Shown here: in pieces, positions 14,773-26,626 of the stretch
Layout: every line of letters begins with the position of its first letter
Position numbering within the stretch: the stretch's first letter is position 1
Assembly (NCBI GenBank): GCA_028023455.1
Contig: JAQFVV010000011.1
Span: forward strand, 1,984,001 to 2,048,000
Source: Epiperipatus broadwayi
Taxonomy: Eukaryota > Animalia > Onychophora
Direction of reading: 5' to 3'
DNA: 64,000 nucleotides
The notes under the pieces: generated by a model
Database searches by the model: none
What the model saw: the letters and a program-made list of their open reading frames with translations, nothing else
What the model was told of the DNA's origin: nothing
Translations under genes and position numbers: made by a program

Positions 14773-15550
14773 ATATTCGAAAACCAGGCACTCTTCACAA
14801 ACCTGGGAGCTTAATTGTAAGTATAGGGGATTTGAACTCAGATTTTCAAGCACCCTTCAACTATCCACACTATCTCATATAACTGATACACATGACCACA
14901 CACATGTTATATATATATGTGTGGGAGATGATAATCTGGACCAACTGATGAGTTATGGTTTAGCAAGAAATACATATATTAATGATTATTTATCTTTTCT
15001 ACATGTGTGTGGTCATATGTATCAGTTGTATGAGATAGTGTGGATAGTTGAAGGGTGCTTCAAAATCTGAGTTCAAATCCCCTATACTTACAATTAAGCT
15101 CCTGGTGAAGAGTGCCTGGTTTTCAAATATTTACACATCAAGCTTGTATCCTGTCCATCCCTCTTATATGTATTTAAATGGATAAGGTCCTATACATGAG
15201 GGGTCAGAGTGACTTCAGATCAACATGGGCATGGTGATAATATTAGCATCAGCATGGGATTTGAGTTTTCATCATCAGATTTTTAATGATATGGATGGCT
15301 GAAAAGTTGGAGATTGGAGTGGATTGAAGCCTGTCCATTAAAGTATGAAGATTTGCTATCTTAATATAAACTGAGCACTGATTATATAAATGTGTGGGAG
15401 ATGATAATCTGGACCAACTGATGAGTGCTGGTTTAGCATGAAATACGTATATTCGTGATTATTTATCCTTTCTACATGTGTGTGGTTATGTGTATCAGTT
15501 GCATGAGATAGTGTGAATAGTTGAAGGGTGCTTGAAAATCTGAGTTCAAA
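14773..15550 (+). mobile_element. Non-coding Penelope-like/retrozyme family A insertion: inverted 5' arm plus tandem units, two hammerhead motifs, 14-bp TSD
   Basis: TSD AAAAAGATGTTTGA at 14759-14772 and 15551-15564. 14773-14907 is the reverse complement of 15001-15130. Hammerhead cores at 14945 and 15418. Confidence 0.85.
15404..15462 (+). ncRNA. Minimal type I hammerhead ribozyme motif (family A, best copy)
   Basis: CUGAUGA 15418-15424; stem II GUGCU/AGCAU; GAAA 15440-15443; palindromic stem III AUACGUAU; predicted cleavage after A15451. Stem I is imperfect (AA/UU, C.C, AC/GU, then AUAAUC/GAUUAU). Confidence 0.7.
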
Positions 15551-16661
15551 AAAAAGATGTTTGATGGAATGATTCCATATCTACAAACAAGTTTTGCAGC
15601 AGTTATATAATAGAAATAAAAACAAACAGAGATTATTTAAATTAGACAATGCAGACCTAACAGATGAAAACATAAAAAATAAAAAAATTGAATTAATGGT
15701 AAATTAAAAGGACTATAATAATTTGCAACGACTTTTCAAAAAAAAAAAGGAAAAGAAAATAAAGAAATAAAAAAAAATCAGATGAAAATATATGGATAAA
15801 AATAATTATAGAATTAAACATGGTTAAAGTGTTTTTAGTAGAAACATTTCAATATCAAAACAAAATATATTTTATTGCTTTAAAAATATTTTAAAAAATG
15901 AAGATACTTGTTTGTGGATCTGAGACATGGACACACTTATTAGGAGAGCAATACAGAAATATTAGACAACACAAAAAAGTATAGATAGATGGTGGGAGTA
16001 ATTGAAATTTATGAATAACGAAAAAAAAAACATTAATAATATCACTGAAAAAATTAACACGGAAATGAAGTTGGGTGTTATATGAAGTCTCAATAATAGA
16101 TAATTACGTTTTTGAATTGGATTCCAAGAAATGATCAAACACCTAAAATGATACCATATATAAAATATATAATTTAAATAAGAAAGTTCACTGAAATGAT
16201 GTGAAAGTGAGGAAACAAAGATATGTATTGAACAAATTACATTAAACTTGAAGAGATTTTTTATTTTAAAATGGTTTGATTGTGATTATAGGTATTAATA
16301 TGAACACATACTTTTCCGTATATGTACAAAAGTGTGCCTATATGAATATAATAATTAACTATCAAACAGGAGAGAAATACTATCATTCAGTGAAACAGTT
16401 TCTTATATATGTATTTTTTAGCGACTTAAGCACATAGTTCCTCTGGCCAATTTGACTTTTTGTATAAATCCTGTATGATAATAAATTGTTGTTGGGTGTA
16501 AACGCTTGAATTTATATCACAATCAAATATATAAACTTAATGTAATACTACAAATAACTCCCACGTTAGATAATTATTTGACATATCAAAACACCCAATG
16601 AAATATTATACTTCTTGCTAGAGGAAACCTCCAAGCCTATAGTATAATAATAAAATATTAC

Positions 16662-16863
16662 CTATATATTCCTTCGATGTAAAAATAAATAATTCCATTG
16701 GGTGTTACAATGCAGATAAAACTTGGGATTCCACCCCCTGGAAGATGATGGGAGTATTGCATTAAAAGATTTAATACAATATATGTTATTGTGACTACAT
16801 TAAAAGCTTTAACATTAAGTAGTTCATTATCATGGAATTTATATAGGAAGTCAAATATCAATT
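16662..16863 (-). CDS. Putative internal exon of the unidentified minus-strand gene (LIFDFLYKFHDNELLNVKAFNVVTITYIVLNLLMQYSHHLPGGGIPSFICIVTPNGIIYFYIEGIYR)
   Basis: Acceptor cttcattcttactaccag, donor TAG|gtaata, 202 nt with 66 open codons (phase 1 to 2). Matches the provided ORF 16658-16861. Confidence 0.6.
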
Positions 16864-17422
16864 CTGGTAGTAAGAATGAAGTGTTTTAAGCTTTTAATTT
16901 TCCTGATTATGGGCAGTTGTCCCAGAAAAGAGAGGTCAGACTGATATTTTTTCCTTGAATGAAAATAGCTTATGATATTATAAAGTTTAATTTAATAATG
17001 CTGTGAATTAATTTATTATTGATTGTGTATGCATATGTGTAAACTTATAATAAACACTTTTCTGATTAACTTTTCCATTCTTGTTTTCTACCAATCCTCT
17101 TCAGATCAGTGTAACTAACCTTTCCTAAAGACAACTTAAAATGTAGTTTCCATTCATTAAATATCAGGAGTAAAAAAGATGCAGTTAAAAAGTCAACAAA
17201 GGCTCACAATTATAATTGATGTAAAAACAATCTAAAGCTTGTTATAGTAAAACCATCAAATACTGTATTTTATATGTTTTTTTATTAATTTACCCTGTCT
17301 ATGTTTCTGTCTATTAAATGTGTCCACATTTTTTAAATTTGCTCTGGCTGAGATTTTTTTTATAGTTTTACATATGCAAAATTTTTTTTTTTTAAATAAT
17401 GCTTTTATATAAACAGTACTTG

Positions 17423-17725
17423 CTGACTAAAAAGTAGAAAAACTCTGAATCTTGGTTAATTTGCTATTCTTGGAAAATATCAGAGAACTTAAGAATCTAG
17501 ACTTGTTATAAAACAGTTGGAAATCGCAGGAATATTGTCGTTTTATAAAAGCATTTGAGGCTGATTTGATTTTTATGATTTATTTGAGACTCAAATGCCT
17601 TTTTGAAATGGCAAGATTCATGCAATTTCCAATTGTTTTATACCAAGTCTAGATTCTTAAGATCTCTGATATTTTCCAAGAATGGCAAATTAACTGATAT
17701 TCAGTTTTTTTTACTTTTGAGTCAG
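17423..17725. mobile_element. Foldback MITE-like element, inverted arms of about 135 bp
   Basis: CTGACT...GCATTTGAG and CTCAAATGC...AGTCAG are reverse complements around a spacer of about 30 nt. No TSD seen. Confidence 0.7.
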
Positions 17726-18426
17726 ATTACTTTGTTATTTTTCTACTTTTTATTAGTTAGTACTGTTTAAGTAAAAAGCGTTATTTTAAAAAAAAAAAAA
17801 AACTTTTACTATTATTTTAATCATTAACATTAAAGATTTTGCTATATTTATATATAAGACGAGAACTTTCAGTCCCCATTAATAAATATTATATACAGAA
17901 AATATCTTAAGAGATATTTTCAACAAGAATTATAAAAGTAGTGATTTCTACCAGAAAAAGCAAAAAAAAAAAAAGAATACCCAAAAAAGCAATAGTGACT
18001 GTGCTTTTCATGCTATTAACGATTTTCAAATTAAAACATTTGGGATGTAATTACTAAAATTTTGATTATTTAATTACTTCAAATTATTTAATTCAAACAA
18101 TAGGTGCATACACACATTCAGGTATAGCTTTATCTATAGTATATGTATTTATAGTAATACATAATACTACAAATTTTCTGACTAGCTTTGCCATTTTTCT
18201 TTAGATGAGTTTAATTACTATAGTAAATAAAATAAAGTCATACATCATCTGACCTTATTTTATTTACTATTATAGTTTTGCTTTTAAGTCTTAAATGCTG
18301 TTATATTGCTAAGGCTATTAATATATGTTATCTGAAAATTTCAGATTTTCTACTTAAAAGTTAACTATCAGATAAGTGCTGGCTTTGAGTTGTTATTTTG
18401 GATCTAGTGTCTGAAATATCCTAGCA

Positions 18427-18466
18427 CTTCACTGAGGCAAGCCAAAAGCTTGAAACCAGTCTGAGA
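18427..18466 (+). ncRNA. Degenerate hammerhead motif (family B)
   Basis: CUGAGGC (core mutated), stem II AAGC-CAAAA-GCUU, GAAACCAGUC, stem I UUCA/UGAG. Confidence 0.5.
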
Positions 18467-19337
18467 ATGAGGATAATTTCTAGATAGAGATTTTATTGAT
18501 AAAGCATGTTAGAGCTATTAGCATGCTCTTTATTTTAATTTAAGAGTTTAACTACCTTTTCTTAAAATGAAATTAGTTTAGCATCTACATAATTATTATT
18601 AATATATTCATTTTTTTAAAAGAGTGAGATGGTGCTATTTTATACATTTTTTTAAAAAAAAATTATCTGGCAAGCTAGATTCCTTTTACTGAACTATCAA
18701 GAGATTTACTTGACATGATTTTAATTTAAAAAGTTTATGTTAAAGCTTATTTTGAAATACTTAAGGTTATTTTTATTATGCAATTATTTTTTTTTATCTC
18801 TTTAAAAACAAACAATACTTATTTTTTTTTAAAAAAAAGAGTTCAGATAGATTAATAGATAGAGAAGTGGTCAACTTATTTAAATAAATACATGTACTTG
18901 AAAGCACTCTTTGATTTTAGTATCAGTTTGTACCAAATATAAGCCTCACCTTACATATGAGGGCTTTCCATACAAAAATTTACCATAGCAATAATTATCA
19001 ATTTGTACCCATTACTATTAACTATAGTGATCTTTCAGAAATTGTTATATACATCATTTTATAAATATGGCAGCAAATTTCTAAAACTAACAAATCATTT
19101 TTATTATCCTATAAAAACCCCTAAATGAGTAAAAGTTTTATTCATTACACAATTTTTTAAAAAAGCTTTGATCACATGGAGTAATAAATTGGACCAAAAA
19201 CACAAAATGAATGCTATGCATTATAATACAACGTATCTAACTTTTATTTAAAACCTTTATAACAGAACTGCTATGTCATTTATGGTAAAATATCTTTTAT
19301 TATTTTAATGATAACAAGTATCATATACTTGGAATTT

Positions 19338-19615
19338 AGATGTAACCATAGCAACTTGATCACAAACTTTCAAGCTCCCTTCACTCTATCTTATAAAATT
19401 GATACACATGACCATTATAAAATTGATACACATGACCACACAAATGTGAAAAAGATAAATGATATTCAATATATATATATATATTTCATGCTGAACCAGC
19501 ACTCATTAACTGGCCCAGATCATCATCTTCCACACACATATATATATATATATAATCAGTGCTCAGTTTATATTAAGATAGCAAATCTTCAAACTTTAAT
19601 GGATAAGCTTCAATC
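19338..19615 (-). mobile_element. Penelope-like pLTR/retrozyme family A, solo copy with degenerate hammerhead
   Basis: Homologous to 6004-6290 and 15320-15550. The core reads UUAAUGA, stem III is expanded by a TA microsatellite, and there is an internal duplication of TTATAAAATTGATACACATGACCA. Confidence 0.7.
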
Positions 19616-22600
19616 TATAAAAGCTATTCTCAACAATAACAAAAAACTGATTTATTATTTATTGACATAACTTTTGATCATTGTACCAGAAATAAGTTGA
19701 AAAATATATACTATAAATTACATTAGCTAAAATACAATTTATTAACCTAATTTTTATTTAATAGTTTCCAAGTAATAGAATGTTATTGACAGTGAAATAT
19801 TTTTTGTTGTAAATATAATATTAATGTTTTATTCATCATGTAATCTTTAAAAAAAATTTTGGTCACATACAGTAATAAATTGTATAAATATAAACTATTA
19901 TCCATATATTATATTAGATTTATTAACTTAATTTTTATTTATTTGGATTATAATTTTATAATTACTATAGAACTGATCATCTAAGCAATGTGATTACCCT
20001 GGTCAATAAAATATTTAAAATCAATGATAAAAAAACCCACAGCAACAGTAAATTATTAATTAACAAACAAGTTACAAACTATACTAATAATATGTTTAGT
20101 AAAACATTTATTAATTATTCTTAATTTTAAACTTTGTTTATTAACAGATATTCAAAATTTGTAGCGTATTATAAACCTGTGATAATGAGATAAAAAATGT
20201 TGCCATCAGAAACCATTATAATTGCTTCCCCCCCCCCAAGATAATTTATTTTATATAAAGTGCATGTATGAATAGTATTATACAGGGAATAATGGGTTAT
20301 TGTTACATAAGAGTGGAGATATAGTATAACATTTGATAGAATTACATACAACTTAGCAATAATAAATACTAGTTAATCCGTGAGATGAATGTATATAGGT
20401 GATATAATATTGGGAATTTAACGCACATGTCATTGGACACCACCCATTTGTCCACAGTCTCACCAATACCTTACCAAGTTAAGGATGAGTTTTATCAGAT
20501 TTTTAATTTATAAAGAGCTTTGAAGAATATGTTATAATTGCATTGAGTGAAGCTGTAGATTTCCCTTTAAAATGTTATGATTCTAATTTTTTAAAATTCT
20601 GATTTTAGGATGAGAATGAAAACAATAAAACTGTCATCTTAATATCTATTTCTTCTGAAGGAATATCAGCTCGTAATTTTGTTAACTTCCTCTGCTAATG
20701 TGAAAGTGATTTTGTTGAAATGAAGAAGAAACTATCAATATGCAATCTTTAGAAATTATTAGGTTTATGAGCACTTCGGAAATGAATGTAATGTGTCATT
20801 ACAGTTTTCTAAAGGAAAAAAAATCTAAGATATTACCCTTACTCTTTTGTTTAAATTTTCCTACAAATAAAAAAAAGTATGCTTTAAAATTGTAACTAAA
20901 AAAAATAGTTTTTTGAGATGATTTACTAATTATTATTTTTGCTTCAGAATATACATTTTTTTTGCTCCAGAATATACATTAATTAAGAGTTAAACCAATT
21001 TGTAAGAGTTGACATAATAAATACAAATCATTAAGAGGGTTTAACACAATTCGATTTAAAGCATTTTACCATGTGTGTTCATTTCAAAACTTAAGCTTTT
21101 CCAACAAATTACTTTATATGTTATTTTAATAAAGAGGCTACATTTTCCCCAGACTTTTAAATATATATTAAGATATATCATTTAAGAATTATTTTTATGA
21201 TGATGGAAAAATTTTTCATGTGAGCTTAAATTTAATAACTGACATTTATCATTTATTATTTAGTAAAGATTTTACATTTTTTAAATCAGCATATTCTTTA
21301 TTAGTAATATTTAGATAGATTTTTCTGGCCCAAGAAATTATGAAGCAGGATTATGGTTGGATGAGTGCATTCCTGTTTTTGCTTATGAATGTATTGATGG
21401 AATCACAATTAACGTCAGCCTATTTGAGAAGCTGATTGATGTTACAGTGATAGTGAAGTTGGTATAGTAATTATCAGAGCTGAATTGACTTTCCAACATT
21501 TGGTAAGTAAAATTATATATTTTACAGTATATAGTTAGATTCTCAGTAGTATAGTTTTCAAGTCCTCCTTGATGTTTTGTTTGGATTGTGCTTTGCATGG
21601 ATTGTGCTTTGCTTGCATTTTGGATGCAAATGCAATGTATATGGTTTTAACAGAATGGTTCAAGTTAGAAGTTTTTTATCTACTAGTAAGTTTAAAGTTT
21701 TTAGTACTTTTAAAAAAAATATTGTAACATGAATTTTTTTATTTTATGAAATTACAAAGAAAACAGAATATTCATATTTGGATATAAAGTTTTAAGTTTT
21801 CTTCTTCATCTGGCTAGTTTAACAATACTGGCAACCAAAAAACATCAAAAATAATGTTTTCACTGATGCAGGATATAGTTTTACATTCCATACTACATGA
21901 TATATATTTCAACACAAAATATTTTTAGTTTCTTCATTATAGTTTACAACTATTGCTTATAATCTATGCAGAATGCGGGTCATCACTGATAAAAACCAAT
22001 ATACAAATAACTAATCAACTCGAAGGTAATAGCAACTGATGTCTAACAGTGCCAATTGTTTCGAAAACTTGACCATCTGTATAGCAACAATAATATACAC
22101 ATTCTTTTCAGTGTGCACTATAGGTACTAAAGTTTGCCTAACTTAGATTTTTTTAACAAATAAAGATAAGAATATATAAGAAGAAAATGATTAAAATATT
22201 TATACTTTTAAAAAAAAATTATTGGATTCGAAAATCTATTCACGGGCCACTTTTTCGTATTAACGTCAATTCACTAACCAATAAATTGATATTGATTTTA
22301 AATAACGAGCATTGTTTCTAAGTTAGTTAAAATAATCTGATTTTTATATATTCTCAACGTTACGTACTTAAAGCTATGTTTTATTTATGGATTTATTAAA
22401 ATAATTAGAAAATCTTTTTTTTTTACTTTTAGAAAAAGTATTTCCCGGTTCAAAATAGAAAGCTTAGGTAGAAATCGAAAAAAGGTGCATAAAAAAAAAA
22501 AATCATAAATATAAGGATTGCTATTCGTAATTCAAGTTTATTGGAATGAAAATGAAGATAAATTTATGTTAGTGTGTGCTCTGTTCTGAAAAATTATTCA

Positions 22601-22934
22601 ATAGGTGTGTAAAATCTTTTAAAAAAATTTCATCTAAAACGTGGACATTTAATAAACAAATCTACTATTTTAAAATAAAATTAATTAAAATCAAAAATTA
22701 AAAAAAAAATCTTGACAATGTTTGTTAATACGATAAAAAGTATTGGCAGATTTCTAAAAGCAATAGTTCTCTTCATTCTCCTGTAGAGCCAGTTCCTGTA
22801 AGCTTGACTATTGAATGACACCCAAATGGGATAGCACTATAATATCCTCATCACAGACTATTTTAGTTTTTACTTTCATCAGTGAGGACTACAATGATTC
22901 TAATACAAATACCATATTAACAATCATCTCTTAC

Positions 22935-22959
22935 TTTTTATACTATTGAAGGTAATGGT
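22935..22959 (-). CDS. Putative 25-nt exon of the minus-strand gene (TITFNSIK)
   Basis: Very strong acceptor tttgtttgttttttatttcag and donor AAA|gtaaga. The only open frame (0 to 1) bridges the 25893-26059 exon (ends phase 0) and the 16662-16863 exon (starts phase 1). Confidence 0.5.
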
Positions 22960-23560
22960 CTGAAATAAAAAACAAACAAACAACTAAGCCAATTAATTCA
23001 CTTTAAATTATAGAAATCTAACACCAAATCAGTTTCTATATATTTTAAAGATTCTTTCACACTTTTGCTAAGAGAGTTAATACTAACAACAATTTCATAT
23101 CTTTCTCACATGCTTACTTGTACTTTTTCCAAGCACAGTTTTTAATTACCATACTCTAGAGACATTTGCTATAAGTTTGAGGAATCAGTGGACACCAAAT
23201 GGTATAAAAACTGAAGTTTCTAAAATATACAGATAGTTACTAGTGTCAGATCAATACAATTCTGGGTGTTGATTTGGGTCAAAATATTAAATTTTTTAAA
23301 TTTTCAGGTTATTATCTTGGATAATGAATATTTTTTTTTTTTATCTTTGAATTGTGAGTAGTTTATTTTTTTTTATTCACACAAAAGAGGGGAGGGTGTC
23401 TCTATTTATATAATAATGTTATATGAGAGTGCTTATCCATATATCTTATAATTGGGGAGACCCTTCGCGCAATCGCAAATAAATTACTCCTTTATATATA
23501 AATGAATAAAAGATGATTGCTAGATGCATAATTGCATTGTTTCTAGTTTTGAATTCCAGT

Positions 23561-23601
23561 TTCTTACTGATAAAGGCAAAAGTCGGAAACTAGTCTGGGA
23601 A
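23561..23601 (+). ncRNA. Degenerate hammerhead motif (family B)
   Basis: UUCUUA-CUGAUAA-AGGC-AAAA-GUCG-GAAACUAGUC-UGGGAA. The G8A change is probably inactivating. Confidence 0.55.
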
Positions 23602-24520
23602 TGTTGATGGCTTTAGAATAAGATAAGAACTTTTCTTGGAAGCATATAAGAAAGTAATTTAATATTGCTATTCATTATATTTTTGAAACTTTTTATATAA
23701 ATTTAAGCATTACTAAAAATAATAACCAAATGGTTTTTTGCTTAGGAGTTCATAGGAAGTCCAATCACCAGAAGTGACTGAGCTGGGTCATCCATGATCT
23801 ATGGATTTTGAACTCCAGAGTCTATCAACCGATCGCTATATTAATCCATTGAGGATAGTAATAAACAGTTAAACCTCACATACCTGGAGAAAATCTAAAA
23901 TTACGATAGCTAAAGATATTGTTTATCGTTTTTTTTTTGGGGGGGTGCATTTTCAGCTAAACTGTTGATAAAGCAATCTTCAAACTTGATTCTATTCCAT
24001 TATCAATTGACATTATTAAACCCAACTCATAAAATTTCCTTAACTGGTAAACTAAAGTTGGTATTTTTTAAAGCAACTGGATCAAAATACAGATGCATCA
24101 GATGTTAAAATTAAAATTTTTATTCTAGAAACTTTTTTCTAATAAAACAACTTCTGTAAAACATTTTTTTAAAAGACCTATTTTATGCTGGAGCATCATA
24201 TTTCTGAAAAAATTGTACTGGCATATATAGAAGTGAATGTTGGGAACTAATAACATAAAAGTATAACGGCGATTGTAATTTAAGTAGGAAAAAACATTCC
24301 TGAATAGTACCCACAGTATTAAGAGAGAAGTCTGAATGGCAAGAATGATATTTAAAAACTGAAAATTATTCCTTCTTAGTCAGCTAAGATTATTAATTTA
24401 TTAAATCTAAATTTAAAAACATTTGCAATTTTATATAAAGTGATGAGAAATGAGAGCTTATTCAGAGATAAGCTTTTTAATTTGTCTTTCTGAATGAACT
24501 CAATCAGAAGTATAAACTTT

Positions 24521-24632
24521 CCGTCAAGCGTTGTTAGCCGAGAGGTCATCGCAGCCGCCTTGCAAGCAAGTAGTTAGTTGCAGACGGTTGTGGGTTCGCC
24601 TCCCGGCCGATGCTATGACATATGAAAAAAAA
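24521..24632 (+). mobile_element. tRNA-derived SINE, copy 3
   Basis: TAGCCGAGAGG A box, GGTTCGCCTCC B box, tail CTATGACATATG plus A run, flanking repeat AAGTATAAA. Confidence 0.85.
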
Positions 24633-25892
24633 AAGTATAAATTTTCTTTAGCTATAAAAATATGAACTACCAAATTATTTCTTCAGATGAATTATAGAAA
24701 ACGAATTGAATGGATACGTGCAATTAATTATATACAGATATGTGCATGCATTAACTTGCATAATATTTAAAAGACTTAAATAATTAATCTATTAATTAAC
24801 AAAACCAAGTATCCATTTTTTTTACTAATTAAATGCAATCATAAAAAAATATTAGCTCGAGTGTCTTCATAAATTTTGTTTAAAAAGTTGGCTAATCTAA
24901 TAAGAAATGAATTAATCACCAAAATATAAAGACAACGCTTTCAGTTGATAAATAATTTTAAATTATATTTTTGATTACCAAAATAAAAATTAAATAAGAA
25001 ATCCCTTTTATGCAGATAATAAACCAGACTCTTTCTTGAGGGGGGAAAAAAAAGAGAACGTGATGAATTGGATTGCACAAAAAAAGAAAAGACTTTAGTA
25101 AAGTTCTAAATAAGTTATTAAATTATTAATAGCATTGTGAATTCGGTGTCCGAGTGAAAGTGGATTTTTTCTTGAGCTATACTTGACATCTGGACTGTTT
25201 GTTGCGTGCATACTATATATATCTGCATGAATGTAAATCAAGATAATTTTTCTATGTAAATATATGCAGCCAGTATATGAATAAATTATCTCATTATGGT
25301 TAAGCTACTTCAGAAAACCTGCATATGTTAATCATATATTTAAATATATATTATGCAAATGAACAATTACGCATAAATGGACACTTGTATAAAAACTCTC
25401 ACTAGAACTTGATGAAGGTGCTTAGTGTGTAATGAACTATAGGCAGGCATAATAATTGAGGAAGATTCATATATTGCAGTGACAACTAATTGTTTACATA
25501 ATGGTGACATAGTTTATAATTGATTTCTGATTCTAACATATATATATATATATTGTTTTATCCCAATGAATACGTGAAGAACTTTCTTCAATTAACATGC
25601 ATTACAATAGATTACATTTATCTAATGAGCATGTCTAGAAGTTGACACACAAACACTCGTGGGCTGAAGCTTATTAATGGCCTGTAGATATTTCTAATGA
25701 AATTTCTAATTATTTCCACCCCTTTATTCTTTTCCTATTTTGTTATTGATATTAAATAAATTTATTTTGTTACAACAAATTTGTACTTCAGATTTATTTA
25801 TAAGTTTAAATGCTGCCTGACTGATATTAAATTTATACTCTCAGGACATAGCAGAATCAAACAGAAGAGGTTTACTATGCATTTCAATTTAC

Positions 25893-26059
25893 ATCTGTAA
25901 TTATGCAACGTAAACAGAACATTAAGTTTCTATTAAAAAGCTCATAAAAATAATCAAATGCTCTATTGTTAGGGAAATCAAAAGTCTGACCACAGGAAAT
26001 GACAAGGCTGAGCTGCAATTCATGGAGCTTGGGTTTTAGTCTACCACACTGCAACTGCA
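25893..26059 (-). CDS. Putative internal exon of the minus-strand gene (QLQCGRLKPKLHELQLSLVISCGQTFDFPNNRAFDYFYELFNRNLMFCLRCIITD)
   Basis: Acceptor ttttatcctgcctggtttag, donor GAT|gtaaat, 167 nt with 55 open codons (phase 1 to 0). Lies inside the provided ORF 25884-26129. Confidence 0.5.
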
Positions 26060-26165
26060 CTAAACCAGGCAGGATAAAAAGGCCATGTTTCACATTAATA
26101 AGGTTAATATATATATGTGCTCTGCGCACAGGTAATGAAGCTATTAATAAAATGCCAAGATTTTT

Positions 26166-26214
26166 ACTGCCAAGCGCTTTCGGGACAGTCTACAGTCCCA
26201 TATTCATGGCGAGT
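26166..26214 (-). ncRNA. Variant type I hammerhead motif (family C, A3-U8 core), intact copy
   Basis: ACUC-GCC-AUGAAUA-U-GGGAC-UGUAGACU-GUCCC-GAAA-GCGC-U-U-GGC-AGU, with palindromic stem III AGCGCU. Confidence 0.6.
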
Positions 26215-26310
26215 TATTCTGTTAATAACTGTAAATCTATGCAAATTTTATGCAAATTTATGTGCAGATGTTATGTGGATCATTTACGAGATAGGGAATA
26301 GCAGGCCTAC

Positions 26311-26532
26311 CTTTACAATAAAACCAAAACAAAGTATGAAGGTAATTCGATTTTTGTCGAACACGAGAGAAACTCTGGACATGCTTTTCTACATACCACA
26401 GCCAGTGTCGTTTGCTCTGAAACAAACGACACCAAACGTAAAGTTAGGGAAGCTTACTTCATTGCGGCTGACCCATCGGCAATCAACAGAAGAGAGGCCT
26501 GCTATTCCCTATCTCGTAAATGGTCCACGTAA
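26311..26532 (+). pseudogene. C-terminal fragment of a Penelope GIY-YIG endonuclease
   Basis: Frame not in the ORF track: NSIFVEHERNSGHAFLHTTASVVCSETNDTKRKVREAYFIAADPSAINRREACYSLSRKWST*. This fits the PLE pattern EH..GH...E.N...R...EA..I.....NR.....LS..W. Confidence 0.85.
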
Positions 26533-26577
26533 CATCTGCACATAAATTTGCATAGTTTTACAGTTATTAACAGAATA

Positions 26578-26626
26578 ACTCGCCATGAATATGGGACTGT
26601 AGACTGTCCCGAAAGCGCATGGCAGT
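26578..26626 (+). ncRNA. Variant hammerhead motif (family C), second copy with U16.1A
   Basis: Same sequence as 26166-26214 except A at 26619, where U16.1 is required. Confidence 0.5.

Larger units (their letters stand above)
14560..16270 (+). mobile_element. Old decayed RTE-like LINE interrupted by the 14773-15550 insertion
   Basis: CGSETWT-encoding TGTGGATCTGAGACATGGACA near 15914-15934 and broken RT-like text on both sides of the insertion. Confidence 0.4.

Noticed and set aside
14765-15070. ORFs in family A elements (14765-15070, 19308-19670)
   Set aside because: They span inverted repeat and microsatellite sequence and show no RT or GIY-YIG motif.
26117-26545. 142-aa plus ORF and 100-aa ORF over the Penelope element
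   Set aside because: These are off-frame translations; the GIY-YIG-like signal is in a different frame (26311-26532).
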